This document shows positions 11,070-26,256 of a DNA stretch of 64,000 nucleotides, piece by piece. The stretch lies in assembly GCA_964016885.1 (NCBI GenBank), contig OZ024743.1:290532001-290596000 (forward strand). Reading direction: 5' to 3'. The notes under the pieces were generated by a model. It saw only the letters and a list, made by a program, of their open reading frames with translations. It was not told where the DNA came from and did not search any database. Numbering within the stretch: the first letter of the stretch is position 1; every line of letters begins with the position of its first letter. The stretch comes from Eledone cirrhosa. Its lineage: Eukaryota. A program made the position numbers and the translations under genes.

Positions 11070-12035
11070 TTCATATATATATATATATATTTTTATATAT
11101 ATATATACAAATTCTCAACATCGCTGAATTCTACTTAAGGTCCCAACCATAGCATAAGTTTTGTAGATCGTATGTATGCTGGTGTTGTTTGTTGTTCAGG
11201 CAATACCAAGATCGCCGACCTTATTTGCATAAGGGCTCTTCAAGTGCAAGGGAAGGAAACATATTGTAATGATAGTTTTGTTTTTTTTCTCATTAAGTGA
11301 AAGCAAATTATGTGTGTGTATGTTATAATTACAAATGTGAATGTACCTCTATTGTGTGTACGTTTGTGATTCTGTTTTCCTATGTATAATTATATTTTAC
11401 ATCTAGGATGTATGAAGAGTTTGTCTAAATGAATACTATAATTTACATTCTCAATGTTTTAATTTACACACGCAGACGCCACCCTCCCCTATTTATTTAT
11501 ACATACAAATATATATATATGCGCGATAGAAAACTATAGATATTGTGATTTCTTCAGACAGCAACATTGATTGAAAGTTAACAAATCCCAGGCAATTTTG
11601 CGTGGAAGGGAGCGGACTAAAACAATTGTGTGGGTTTTGCAGGGAGCGCCTGCTCCCTTCTAATTTACTGGACCTACCGACAGCCCTTCTCAGTCACAGA
11701 GGTGTGAGTGGCTGACCACTCGACTACAACCAAGAATACCACCAACCTTATGTTTCCCGCTATTTACCAGTCCGCGACCACCTCGGCCGACACCTCTATA
11801 AGGTCAGTTGGAGTTCAGACCAGCCAAAATGTATTTACTGCTAGCTTTAACTGCAGAATTTAATGCGTTCATAAGCGTTACCCGTTTATAGTGGGGTAAT
11901 ATACATACGATCAACCCAAATTGAGAAAGTTACCTACTATGGTTAATATTCGTGATGAAACTGATGGACAGGCTACACCCAGAATAACAAGACTTACGTT
12001 TTAGTTTCAATGTTTACATGTATACGCGCGGACGC

Positions 12036-12247
<212 letters not shown>

Positions 12248-12530
12248 GTTATAATTCGGTGGGTCATGTTGCCAATAAAAACGCACGCAGCTGCTGTTTT
12301 CATTTCAATCTATTTTATATTTCCGGTTGGTTCGTTCGATAACCTGATTGTTGTTTATACAAGCTGTGACCATCTCAGTGACTGGGATTTTGTTTTGTGT
12401 CTCTCCTTTGTTCGGTACTACACCATCTTGCTCTTGTGTGTTGTGTGTTTTTATTGGCACCATGACACTCCCAATGTATAAACAATATGTTTCAACACAC
12501 GTTTTCGGATAAGAAATCTTGGAAAACACA
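12248..12530. repeat. dispersed repeat family B (PLE pseudo-LTR-like, internal inversion)
   Basis: Shares gggtcatgttgccaataa, tgtgtctctcctttgttc and tttcaacacacgttttc with 17043-17345, 17598-17670, 27230-27270 and 46041-46245. Confidence 0.7.
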
Positions 12531-12659
12531 TATATACCCATTTTTTCCTCAGTCCAACCATTCTGCTTGCTGGACTGCCGATCGCTATATTTGATTTGCT
12601 AAGCTGTCTAAACGTATTGTTATAAATCTGGGGTACTATTCCCATTCGAGTGCTAAAGC

Positions 12660-13470
12660 TACATACCGAATTTGCATTCGTTAGCTTGGCCGCAAATTAA
12701 GCTTCGTTAATGCTGTACTAAAATGTGTATATATATATATATGTCAGTGTTGATCCAAAGGGCAACGATGTTTGCTAAACACTGTACGGCTTAATTCAGG
12801 ATGTTTGTTTACAAACACACCGAATAATATAATAAATGTTCTGTAAATCCATACGTACATATATATATATGTATGCATGTATGTATATATATATATATAT
12901 ATTACTGTACGTCTGTATACATATATGTATGTACGTATACATACTTATATTTAAGTAACAGCCATACTAAGAGTGAGAAATGAAATTTCGTTTCAATTTT
13001 TTCCGTTTATATATATATATATAAATATAAGATTATATAGAAAATGTTACTACAGGAATAAAAATGTTTCATACGTATGGAATCACCAGGGCATTCCTGG
13101 TGGTTTCAACAAAATGAAACTGTTCTAGTCTTGTAAAAGCATTTTCTACATAAAATTCTGTCTTCACTCTATACATATAATAACTACATTATTTAGTGTC
13201 GTTACTCCCGATTAAATTTGGTATCTACGTATATACACCCATGTTTAGATGATAAATATATCCTTTTGATAATTTACAACCTCTGTTTGATCATTTACAG
13301 CCTAATTTGCATATCGAGTGAGTTAGTCGGGATGTTTGGTTACAAACAAACCGAACATTATCATAATTGTTCGGTTAACCCATACGTACATATATTTATA
13401 TGTGCATGTATGTATATATGTACATACGACTGTACGTCTGTATACATATACGTATGTATGTATACATACT

Positions 13471-13475
<5 letters not shown>
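12660..13475. repeat. dispersed repeat family C, two partial units
   Basis: Reverse-complement similarity to 36130-36810 (ggatgtttgtttacaaacacaccga; tatttaagtaacagccatactaagagtgagaaatgaaattt). Confidence 0.7.
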
Positions 13476-13535
<60 letters not shown>

Positions 13536-13551
13536 CGAGAGAGAGAGAGAG

Positions 13552-13632
<81 letters not shown>
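13474..13632. repeat. (TA)n(GA)n microsatellite
   Basis: Direct reading of the sequence. Confidence 0.95.
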
Positions 13633-13635
<3 letters not shown>

Positions 13636-13959
13636 ACCAGTCATAATAAAAGAGAGGAAGTGTTACAGCGGCTATGAGCGAGAGAGAACAAGAAGTTTCT
13701 ATAGAAGTTGAGAGAGATGGGGATAGAGGGACATAGATAGATAGAGAGAGAGAGACTCTGTGTTTGATACTGTATATATATGTGTCAATGTAGATACATG
13801 TGTGTGTGGGATGTGTATAGAAATAAGAGGGAAGGAAAGCAATAACTATCAACATGTGTGAGTGTGTACGTGCACGTTTGCGTGTGCCCGTTGGCGTGCG
13901 TGTGTGCGTTTGCGTGCGCGAGCGGGTGTGCATGCGGCATTCCCCAATTGCCATTTCTT

Positions 13960-16900
13960 TCTATCACTCCTGTGAAAATATTCACGTAACTTCCACTCAT
14001 TCTTTCATTTAATCCACATTTAAATATTCAAAAAAGTTTCTGAGAAAAATGTTCTCACTCTCTACAAAAAGAGACGGGGTGGATTTAGATGATCAATATT
14101 CTACAGTGAAGCAAAGACGAGAACAGGTAGCCAGAGCAAGGTCACTAGAGACCCCTGCACAACGACAGCAAATACATGAAAACGACTGGAGGAGGGCTGC
14201 CCCACGCAAGGCCAATGTGTCAGAAGGAGCAAGCGATAAACGGTTAGAACAATTACATCATCAAAATGCAATCTGCAGGAGCCAAAAGTCAAAATCGTAA
14301 AGAGAAAAACGTTCAAAGAATGCAAGACGAGGACAAGCTGCCAGAGTTGCCAATGAGACATCAGGTCAGCGAGAGACTACACAAAGAAAAAACCAGGAGC
14401 AAACAGCTGCTGCAAGACTTCGCCAATCCTCAGAGGAAAGATGTAAGCATCTTGATCAAGACACATTGTTGCAACTTTCAAGGGGACTTGGAAAAGATCA
14501 ACTTTGAACTTTAATCCAAAGCATTCAACTGAGAAATTGATTGATATTGGAGCAATGTCAAAAGAGTCCAATATTTGTAATGGAATGAAAGAGAAACTGC
14601 CACTATAGGAAATAAAAAGTATGGGAAAGAGAAACTGCCACTATGTGTTGTGGTGGTGGAACGATTGTTTTACCGACGTTTGGTACACCCCCAAATATTT
14701 TGAAGGCAGTACTTTTGGGATACACACCAAGGAGTATGCACTTCTTGAAAAACATTAGTAATTATAATTCTGCTTTCATATTACCTCCTCTGGTAGCAAT
14801 ATTATAAGAGAAGGGAACATAAAGTCAACTTTTAAAGTTCAAGGTCAAGTATACCATCGTATTGGATCTTTGTTGCCAAATAAAGGCAAAAATCCTGAAT
14901 TTTTACAGCTATATTTTGTGGCAAATTACAAGGAGCAGGCTTTGTAACCGTCATTTAACCTTCCAAATTTGAAAGAAGAGTTAATCTTTGATCTGTAAGA
15001 TATGTTGCATCCAAACAATAGCTACATTAGAAGCTTCAAATATGCATTACAATCTGCAACACCCACTGAATACAAGATAGTAATTGATGCAGACAAAAAG
15101 CCTGTTGCTGAACACAGAGGCCGCTACAATGCCCCTGCCGCAAATTAAGTAGCATCAATTATTAAAGGCGATGAGTATGGGAAGAGAGATATCATTATTC
15201 AAGGAAGAGGAAATAAGATGAAGCGAATAAATGCAACCCACCAATCATATTATACACTCCAGTATACATTAATCTGTGTATTTGGCCAAGATAACATCAC
15301 TTTAGTATTAAACAAAAACAGAACTTAAAATAAGAGGTCCTGCACTGACAAAAACAGTAATCTGCATGGAATTCTATGCTTACCTTTTTCAAAATCAGAA
15401 GGCAATACTTCAATATTCTTCATCGTTCACGTGAGCTCTTCCAGCAATTTGCAGTTGATATGAGTGCAAAAAATGAAGGTGGATTGGTTTCAAGAAAAAC
15501 TGCGGCCAAGTGATTTACCTCAGCTGAACTGCCTGATCCAGAGAAAAATGATTTGCAGTATGAAATTGTCAAGTCCCAGAGTATTTATCGGTCATTTGGT
15601 TCAATTAATCCATCTTCCCCGACGCATGAGGGATAATGTACTTAGAACTACCCACGTCCCTCTGTACAAAAACAACCCAACTGGAGAAAGTGGTACCCCC
15701 CGCCCCCCACCCTTAATAGGAAAGGAAAGCCTGGTCATGGTGGATTAACTTCGAAGAAAAAAAGGAGAGAAATGGGCAAGAATTCATCATTGACAATCGG
15801 TGGGTTGTACCCTGCTGTGCTCTTCATACAAAATCTTTCAAAGCCCATATCAATGTTAAATTCTGCAACTCTTTAGTCTATTAAGTTTGTTTGCAAATAT
15901 ATAAACGAAGGTTTAAATGCTGCAACATACACACTTATGCAGAATGGCAGTCAGTAGATAAATAAAAATGACGAAATTGCACAGTATGAGGGAGGAAGAT
16001 ACATCAGTAGCAATGAGGCTTTTTGGTGCATCTTCAATTTTCCCATTGATGATAGACACCCCGCCATCATTCATCTGTGTGTCCATCTAGAGAATGGCCA
16101 AAAGTTTATCTTTACAAGAAAAAAAAAAAAATTAGCCTTGCAACAAGAACTTTCTACAAAAGAAACTACACTTACTGCCTTTGTTTAAGTTGTGTCAAGA
16201 AAATGAAGATGCAAGAAATCTCCTTTACCTAGAATTACCCAAGTGTTGCAGCTGGAGAAACAATAAATGGAACAAGAGGAAACGTGGGGCTGAAGCTCTT
16301 GCAAGAGTTTACAGTGTCTACCCAAACCAAGCAGAATGCTACTACCTACGGCTCCTTTTGCATGAAATCCGTGGTCCCAAGTAATTCCCAATATTCAGGA
16401 GGGTAAATGGTCATGTTTGTGAAACTCATACGAAAGCATGCTATCAACAAGTATTTTAGATGAGCATTGGGATCTCTCATTGACTGAGGAATCAGTGTCA
16501 GGTTCTCCAAGAAAACTCCATAACCTTTTTGCAATTATGCTGAACATGTGTCAACCTTGCAGTCCTCTAGAGCTTTGAATGAAACATTGTGCAGATAAAC
16601 AGGCAAATCCAGATATCAATATTCAGTTCCTGAAAACATTTTTAACAAAGCACTGATTGAAATTGAAGATCAAGTTTTGGCCATCGTGGCAAACATTTGC
16701 AAGAGTCTGGCGCTGGACTACCAAATATAAACCGTCAAATTCGTGATTTAATTTCAAGAGACATAGCAAGAGAGGCAAATTATGACATTACAGAGGTGGC
16801 AGCATTTGTGAATGAACATGAACCTAAACGTCTTCCAGACAGATGTAATAGTTATAATTCCCATAAATGGTGAAATTGTGAAATCACAATTGTGTAAATG

Positions 16901-17042
16901 GGTAATTCGTGCCCCCCAAAATGAAACAGTAGCAAGGATTAACCATGAATTAATAAATACAATTCCAACAGTCATTAAGGAGTACCAATCGTTGATTCGG
17001 TCCTTGATGAAAATCAAGATATCCACTACCCAAAAGTCTTCC
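13960..17042 (+). mobile_element. decayed, internally deleted Helitron Rep/helicase
   Basis: Broken frames give FKVQGQVYHRIGSLLP (~14830), EHRGRYNAP (~15110), SAELPDPE (~15520), DNRWVVP (~15790), GRYISSNEAFW (~15995), YYLRLLLHEIRGP (~16340) and APQNETVARIN (~16910). Many stops and frameshifts. Boundaries are approximate. Confidence 0.88.
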
Positions 17043-17345
17043 TTAATTCTCTTCTGTGTCTCTCCTTTGTTCTGACCTACCCCAAGATGTTGTAGGACAG
17101 AACAAAGGAGAGACACAAAAGAAACACCTAGTCACTGCGGAGGTCACAGAATCAGAGACGAAAGAGAATTGACAATATATAAACAACCTTCCAGTTATCG
17201 AACAGGCAGGGAACTTCATAATAAATTGAAGTGAAAACCAACAGGGGATTGTTTTATTTGCAAATTGAACCAACCAAAGTATAACAATATCTGTTTCAAC
17301 ACACGTTTTCAGATAAGAAATCTCGCAAAACAAATTCAAATACGA
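17043..17345. repeat. family B repeat with a terminal hairpin (17049-17122)
   Basis: tgtgtctctcctttgttctgacctac...gtaggacagaacaaaggagagacaca; homologous to 12248-12530. Confidence 0.7.
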
Positions 17346-17537
17346 ATTATATAAGTTTGGTAGAAATATGCAAGGATAACAGGACTCAAATCATGGAACG
17401 ATACAACAGTAACATATAGAGGTACTTAAATTTAGTTGGGGTTTACACACCAACACATGCAGCCTTTTACCAATATGACCCAACGAAACTTAAATACCTT
17501 TTTATGTCATTGTTGTAAGTAATAATATATAAATATG

Positions 17538-17575
<38 letters not shown>

Positions 17576-18123
17576 AATATATATATATATATATATAGTT
17601 TTGCGAGGTTTTTTATATGAAATCGTGTGTCGAAACAGATATTGTTATATTTGGGGAGGGTCATATTTGCGCACACTAGTCACCCAGCAGACACAACACT
17701 ATACACACTAGTCACACATCACACATAACACTATACACACACGCAAACGCATGCGCAAAGAAGACAAAATAAAATAAGATAAACAAACAAGCAAATAAAT
17801 AAATAAATATATAGACAGACTGAACAAAAAAAATGGCGTAGACATACAACACAACAGGAGGAACAATGAATATAACACCACTGACGATGTTGCAGATGTG
17901 CAACGAAAGATTTATGTAAACTATATATATATGTGTTTGTCTATATTGTATCTGTATTATTTTGGACCGCCGGTCAGTCAATGGCAACATTGAGGACCGA
18001 GTAAGTTAGATCGCAGATATATATATATATAAAAGACAGCGAGAAGCGAAAACCAACCAAACAGTGAGTGTGTTCTGTTATTAATTCTGGCAATATTACG
18101 CAAATATGACCCTCCCCAAATAT

Positions 18124-18259
<136 letters not shown>

Positions 18260-18749
18260 TTCGTGTTTAAACTTATATAACTACGTATATATAAATGCAT
18301 CGTTGACCACACATATTGTGTTGTTTTCACAAGACGTAGTTGGGGTAGGTATTAATGGACATATTAGTGAATATAATTGACAGGGTGTATAGTTGCAAAA
18401 GTGGCTGGTATTTGTACTATTTAGTTTTAAATGCTTAATAAGAAAAAGCGGTTCGATAAATAAGAAAAGCGGAAAAGAAAAGAGGGAGGAAAGATCATGA
18501 TTTTTCTTCAGTTGATGAAAACCATGCTCTTTCAGACGACAACATCAAAAGTAGATTTATTAAATGGAAACTTCATTCAACGCTGTATATAATGGATATT
18601 TGACAGCGTAAAGAAAATGACATCTTTCGATGTCTGATTTCCAGTAGTTACACTCCGGCGAGTTGTATTAGTCAAGCATAAAGACATGTCTTACAGAGGC
18701 ATATCTTGTATCTGTATGTCTCTATCTCCATATCTGTATGTAGGTAAGT

Positions 18750-18750
18750 A

Positions 18751-18840
<90 letters not shown>

Positions 18841-18864
18841 ATATATACATATATGTAAATATAA

Positions 18865-18908
<44 letters not shown>

Positions 18909-18981
18909 GTATATATATATATATATATGTTGTGTGTGTGTGTGTGTGTGCGTGTATGTGTTTATATTTATGTGTATGCAA

Positions 18982-19070
<89 letters not shown>

Positions 19071-19964
19071 TATATATATATAAATATATATATGGTATGG
19101 AGTATGCGTGTTTGTACAGTGGATGATATGATCAATATTCTAGACTGAAAGCATGTGCAAGCTGCGCCCTGCCATGGGTGCAGTCCAATGACTTCATGCA
19201 GGAAGGAATATAAAATTGTATTTATAGACAGAGAGTGGATAGATATAAAGATATGAATAGAGAGACGGTAGAACGAATGAGGATTATAGAGTGAGACCAA
19301 CATTCTCCTCTGGTTATCGTTATACACACGCACGCACACACACATATACACACACACACACGCACGCGTACGCGCACGCACACACACACACACACACACA
19401 CATACACACACACTTATATATATATACTTACATATATACATATATACCAAAGATATGTATTAATAAATAATGAATGAATTAGATGTTATCTGATCTTAAT
19501 ATATGAAGTGAACATTTTCAGTGGTAACATCACACACAGGATTCATTCCTTTTTTTTTATATTTCGCAAATAAACTGTATCTTATTCACGTCGAGATCCT
19601 ATCTATATGACATTAAGTTTCAAGACATGAATTGCAAAGGTCTCTATATAAGCCATCATTATATGTTACAGGGTATGGTTCCCTGGTTCTGAATAAGCAA
19701 ATCAAACTCAATGTGAACGTGTGCAAAGAAGCTACCGCTGTTTTAGTTAACTGTTGGTTTTATATATGGGTTTACGTGTGTATAATTACGCATATATATA
19801 GTTATATATATACACACACATAAATATTTACAAACACACATACATACGCATATATATATATATATATACACATATAGATATATGACTATGTATGTAAATA
19901 CATATACATATACATATATATATATGTGAATGTATGTATATATACATACATATATATATATAGA

Positions 19965-20056
<92 letters not shown>

Positions 20057-20062
20057 TATACA
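18750..20062. repeat. compound (TA)n/(CA)n/(TG)n microsatellite-rich region
   Basis: Direct reading; this accounts for the YI/HT/CV ORF artefacts. Confidence 0.85.
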
Positions 20063-21681
20063 CGCAGTGTGTATCTACATCTATATGTTTATTAGCATCT
20101 ATTTTGTTTTTGAGTTGTGTGTGTGCCTATGTACATGGTATATCTCATTGAAAGATATAGGTTTAGATGTTCGTAGATATTTAGCTTTGTTTATATTTTG
20201 TATATTTATATTTGTTTGTGCGTGTGGTCATCTTTTTATACATCATCGACATTGCTTTTCACAAAACTAATACTTTCTTCTTTTACGACGTTCTAGAAGT
20301 TATGTGCTACCGTTTGTACCATTATCATATTATTGTTTGTCGGACGCTTTGACAAGTTTTCATTCACAGACTATATACTTCTAGTATTGAAAGAAATCTA
20401 CTTATTTCAGTTTAATTTCCTCTATCGCTAAGAAGACATGCGGAAATTTGCCTTTCTGAAGGATACGAAAAGACTGCAACCCACCGAGAATATATTCTAT
20501 TAAAACAATGTTATTATTGGTATTGATGACTTTTCACAAGCATATATATTTCTTAGTGCTGAACTTATTAAGCATGAAAGGAAAGTTAAATATCGTTTTT
20601 CTTTTTACAAATATGTCATATAATTTTACTGTATTCAGCTAAGTGAAAATCGCATTTTGAAGTGTTTGTAACTATTTTGTTATTAACGTTTAATTTCCGC
20701 GTGTTGATAACAGATATTAAGTAAATTGCATAGTCGCAGCATTCCGTATCATATTAATATAGGTTCATACCGACTACTGAAACTTTATTTAGTTTGGCCC
20801 AGAAAGTAGATAGATATAGAGTATTTGAATTCAATATTCTACGCTCAGAAAATTAAGAAATGACTACGTTGTGTGTATGCATTAATATATGATTATATGT
20901 GCCAGCTAAGCGATGAAGAAACAACATCTAAGACGGCCAGCTGTGGTATCACACCACAACGTATATAACTAATTTAAAACAGTGAAAACTACTTGGGAGA
21001 TTGTATCTACGGATTATATAACAGTTACTAGCGAAATGAGTATAACCGTGGTTACGTAACAAATAGAATGTGGTGAAATTCTAACATACTGCTTTATAAT
21101 TCATTACTATACCAGGAAACTTCAAGTGCTCAGATCTGTTTACAGACTTTTTCTTCAAGGGCACATACATAAGAGAACATTCGCTCATATGTGTACGAAA
21201 GAATATACATATACACACGTGTAGGCTTATTCACCTTCACATTTGGACATATCAAATGGTACGCACTATCACAACTTTACAATCCAACAGCCACGCTAAC
21301 TTCGTCACGGTCTGACGCACATAGGTTAATAGGTAAGTACACGTAAACATACACGTACACATGTGCAAGCACATGTCCACTCGAACTACACAAGTATTAT
21401 CTACGTTTTAAAACCTCTCCAATAAATAAGATACTTTCTAACGTGCATTTACGCTGAATGTAAAAATACACACGTACATTCAAATCCCACAAAAATATGT
21501 TTCTTCCTCTTCTCACTGTCGGCTATTTCTTATAATTATCGTCTATTTTCATATACGACACTAACGTTGAACATGTACGAAGCTTTTCCTACTCAAGTAT
21601 TAAACAAACATATACATTCATTGTATTGCATCGTTTTTATGTGTTTTTTTATCTGTTTACTCTACACACCCACCCAAGTAT

Positions 21682-21761
<80 letters not shown>

Positions 21762-22838
21762 GGGGGGGGGTGTACATAAATGACTTGTGGTCAGCACTTA
21801 TAATGATCTTGTGTAATTTTCGTAGAAACGATCCGGTGAAACATAGTTTAGCAAACGCCAAGTTCGCAGTCTGAAAATGCTTTTGATTGTAATGGAACCA
21901 GGATATTTTAAATTAATACAACCTATATTTTCAAATAAATGTACTTAAGAATTTATGGCTTGTTTTTAAGATGTATTTCAAGCAAAAAAATCTAGCGTTG
22001 CGTCGCAAATTCTAATTCTGTTGAATTTCATCCTGGAATCGTCCACTTATATGTCAATCTGATTCTGACATAGGTATAGAAATGTTGGTGAGCAGATTGA
22101 CATTAAATCTAAATAACATCAACAATCATATTTAAATTTTAATTTTGTAATATTTAATTAAATCTGTTATATTTTGGATAAGTAATCCTTTTCATAGGTG
22201 TAAAAGAAACAGAAAGAAATATACATAATTATAACGATTTATGCTTGAAATCTACTTTAATTTATCATGCCACCACAATCTTTATTGACTACATACCAAA
22301 ATGACGTTTAACAATAAAAAGATAATCAGGTTTGCTTGAATTCGTTTTAAATGGGGAATAAAATTTGACTCTACATATTCAAATGTTATTGTATTTTATA
22401 ACATGCTCTATTTGAAACAGTCCTTTCTTCCTTGAGTTTTGTGACATCTAGTCCATACTTGGAATGCATTCGTGTTAAGATATGTTTTGGTTTTATTATT
22501 TCCCTCAGTCGAAAGAAATCGTTATTGCATTTGTAGAAAACAATTATGCTTTGGAATAAAAACGAAGAGAAACATGAACAAACATGGTAGAAGCGAGTAA
22601 ACGTAAAACAGTTATGAGGAGAATATATTTCACAAATATACATTGATTTACACACATGATAATATATCAACAGAAAAAACATATGACCTCTATATTCGAT
22701 TGAGCACAAAAGGATATATTGTCAAAAAAACAAAAATATTTTTCTTTTATTAATTATCCATATTTTAAATGGTTGGTCATTTAGAGGTAGAATTATTCTA
22801 GAACTTTGACACAACTTATACAAGTCTTTCGTCATTAT

Positions 22839-23014
22839 TGGATTGGCAGTATCGGCAGAGGGTCGGACACTATGCTTTGTAGCATAAAGTTACGCCCCTT
22901 TATGGTCTGAGTTCAAATCCGGCCAAGGTTAACTTTGCCTTTCATCCTTACGGAGTCGATAAAATAAAGTACTGGGATAATTGCTGGTCTTGTGCCAAAA
23001 GTAGAAACAATTAT
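22839..23014 (+). mobile_element. tRNA-derived SINE (family S1)
   Basis: A-box-like tggcagtatcgg, B-box gagttcaaatcc, central ggttaactttgcctttcatccttacggggtcgataaaataaagtac, tail gtagaaacaattat. About 12 copies or units in the window. Confidence 0.88.
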
Positions 23015-23474
23015 TTAAATATCACTATTAAAAAGAAGGGATATAAAATATATATTTTCTTTCATGGATTATGTCAAAATCAGAATAATATCATTTTTTA
23101 AATGTGTCCTTTGTTCTATTGTTATCTATTAATGTATTTCTATTGTGTAAACTATTAAATCGCTTTATCCGTTGTGAAACGTATATTTACATTCAAATAT
23201 ATCGGCCTATTCAGATAAATATTAACCCCCACTAATCAACGTTATGCACTAGAAGCATTGTTTAAAGTTCGTAGCGGCATATATCCGGGTCTAATTACTC
23301 ATATCTAATGAAAGTTTCTGGCGTTATCATTTTAATTCAGGGTATATGGATAAATGAATCACTAGAATATACTGCATTATACTCTTTCTTTCCAAAAAAT
23401 GTGCAATTTGTATCTACACCAATAAAATTTGTATCACCAAACAAACACAAACATTAACATATATGAGGATTATA

Positions 23475-23654
23475 ATAATTGTTTCTACTATTGGCACAGG
23501 GACAGCAATTATTCCAGTGTACTGCTGGTACTTTATTTTATCGACCCAGTAAGGATGAAAGGCAAAGTTAACCTCGGCGTGATTTGAACTCAGAATGGCA
23601 AGGGCGCTGGCGTCAAAGCATGGCGCCCGACCTTCTACTGATACTGCCAATCCA
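23475..23654 (-). mobile_element. SINE S1
   Basis: Reverse-complement match to S1. Confidence 0.85.
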
Positions 23655-24074
23655 ATAAACACACCAGCATACACACCAGCATACACACACTATCGGCATA
23701 CTCAATTGAAAACTCAACATATTTGATTCTAAACGGCTACTCTTACATTTTAGAAAAATAATACCTCAATTGACAAAGCCTAATGACAAAGCTATTCTTG
23801 TCAAATAACAGTAAAATTCTAGTTGTTAATGAGTTAAATATGTATCACGTTATGTATTATTGTCGCCATGAAAAGAAGTTCGTGGACACAATAATAAAAC
23901 AGATTTGTCAACACAATGTGAATAAGACATTTCCTATTATTTCATTTACTCAAGTACTGCATATATTCATAACTAAATGCGATACAAAATTGAACGTGTT
24001 TCAATTCAATTTGCAATAAAAAACAGTTTCAAAATCAGATTTTCGATATAATGGGACATTATTTATATAAAAGT

Positions 24075-24259
24075 GCGGTGGATTGGCAGGATCGGTACAG
24101 CGTCAGACACCATGGCTTGCAGCATAGAGTTATGGCCCGTTACGTTCTGAGGCGAAATCACGCCGAAGTAAACTTTGATTTTCATCCTTACGGGGACGCT
24201 GAAATAAAGTACAAGTAATGCAATGGGGTAATTGCTGTCCTTCTGCCAAAATTAGAAAC
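24075..24259 (+). mobile_element. SINE S1 (diverged)
   Basis: Match to S1. Confidence 0.8.
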
Positions 24260-24895
24260 TGGTGGTGGCAAAGCTGAGAATGAAATTCAATAAAAATTAT
24301 GAATTGTTACATTTAGTATTTCAGTGATTTATGGTAAATCTTGTTTTGAAGGATTACCATAATTTCATACAATACACATTCTAGAAATGAAAACTTAGTC
24401 GTTCTACAAAACTGCAACATGTAATTACCCACTTTTATTTTATTAGCAACGATGGAATTTGAGCTCGAATTAAAACATGGTGAAATCAAAAGTAATTTAT
24501 TCGATTTATTTTTGTGATTAAATGTATCATATAAAAAATTATATTAATAACAATATCATATTTGTTCGCCTTCTCTTTCGGTATACGTCTAACATATATT
24601 TTAATGTTGTCCTTAAGAAAGTGTCAAGTTGAGAATGAAGCTGAGAGGACTTTATTTACCAAAGAACGTAAATTATATGGGCAAAATGTTAACATATAAC
24701 TGTGTCTATAAAGTTCGGAGATTTTTCCCCTTCATCTCTAATAATTTCTTTTATATCTTCATGGAAATGCTTTCATAAATTTTAAATGTTTCCGCACAAG
24801 CTTTCTGCATCTATATTCATTAAGAATTATCGAATATTTAGGTTAATTTACATGAAATATATCCATGGTTGAGACGCACACCATATTCTTTCGTC

Positions 24896-24930
<35 letters not shown>

Positions 24931-24965
24931 AGATTTGAATGGATACAGTTTAGTTGAAAGGAATT

Positions 24966-25083
24966 TATTGACACGTGTTTCTATAACAGTTACATAACCT
25001 AAAACAGCTGCTATCTACACACTTTTAGTTATGCAGACATTCAATATTTCAATGTTATTATTTACTGTCATTTCATCAGAATA
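24966..25083 (-). ncRNA. type I hammerhead ribozyme with extended stem II
   Basis: Mirror copy of 26814-26931. Confidence 0.7.
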
Positions 25084-25640
25084 ATATTACTGAGGACCTA
25101 TTTAGTTTTTATAGAGAATATTAGGATGGAGTGGTGAAGTTGTTAGAAGAATAGTTGAAGGAGTGGTTTTTCGATAGCAGTGAGAATTCTTGGTGGCAGT
25201 GAGTAATTAGATTCCCATCTGTTGTTTTGACATTTTTTATAGAATATATTATTGGTTATTTTTCTAAATCTATAGAAGGATTAGAGATAGTAAAGATATG
25301 CGTGGTTGGTTTTGTGTTTGCACTTAATTAACATTCAGACTTAAATTTTTCTTTCAAGTGTACGTATCCTTTCACCCACGCATTCACAAACAAATATATT
25401 TGCACACCTCTACAAAATACATATACTCACAATTCACATATTCATACTTACATATATATACACATGCATACACATATATATACACACATGTATTCATGTA
25501 CATACATACGCGCTCATGTGTATACATTTTCATACTCAACTTATCTTTATATACACACGTATAGACACACACATATATACATACATACTCTAGTCCATGT
25601 GTACACACATACACATACATACACATCCATATACACATGT

Positions 25641-25709
<69 letters not shown>

Positions 25710-26199
25710 AGCACTTTAATACATGAATACACTTACATCTAACTATACACATCAAACATATATATATATATTTACTTATTTATATACATTTTCACATATA
25801 TATACATACTTATTTATTACATAATCACACACAAGAAGAAACTGCTGAATAACATAATTGAACGAACATTATTCTGCCGTCACAGAACTAAAACCCTTTT
25901 TTCCCACTACAAGCCGAATATTACATAAAAGAGGGACATCCCCCAACTATATAAACCTCAATCTAGTTAGAAAAATATAAAAACAATCTCTTCTCAACAT
26001 ATATTAATAACCTTAAATTACCACACTAATAATGGAAAGATATGCTGATGAGAATAGGTACAAATATGCGATAATGAATGTGTCTAAAAACGTCCATAAG
26101 TATGTATATATATGTGAAAATGTATATAAATAAGTAAATATATATATATATGTTTGATGTGTATAGTTAGATGTAAGTGTATTCATGTATTAAAGTGTT

Positions 26200-26256
<57 letters not shown>

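Larger units (their letters stand above)
6783..11072 (-). mobile_element. young Penelope-like element with C-terminal GIY-YIG (probably Hydra clade), inverted 5' pseudo-LTR, inserted in (TA)n
   Basis: Unbroken RT-EN ORF, 281-bp inverted repeats at 6945-7225 and 10789-11069, an HHR in each repeat, and (TA)n on both flanks. The clade assignment is inferred from the YRDD, CxC-x5-C, CxxC and CxH motifs. Confidence 0.92.

Noticed and set aside
22386-22510. Possible host terminal exon (REIIKPKHILTRMHSKYG...)
   Set aside because: No recognisable domain, a weak splice acceptor and no partner exons found.
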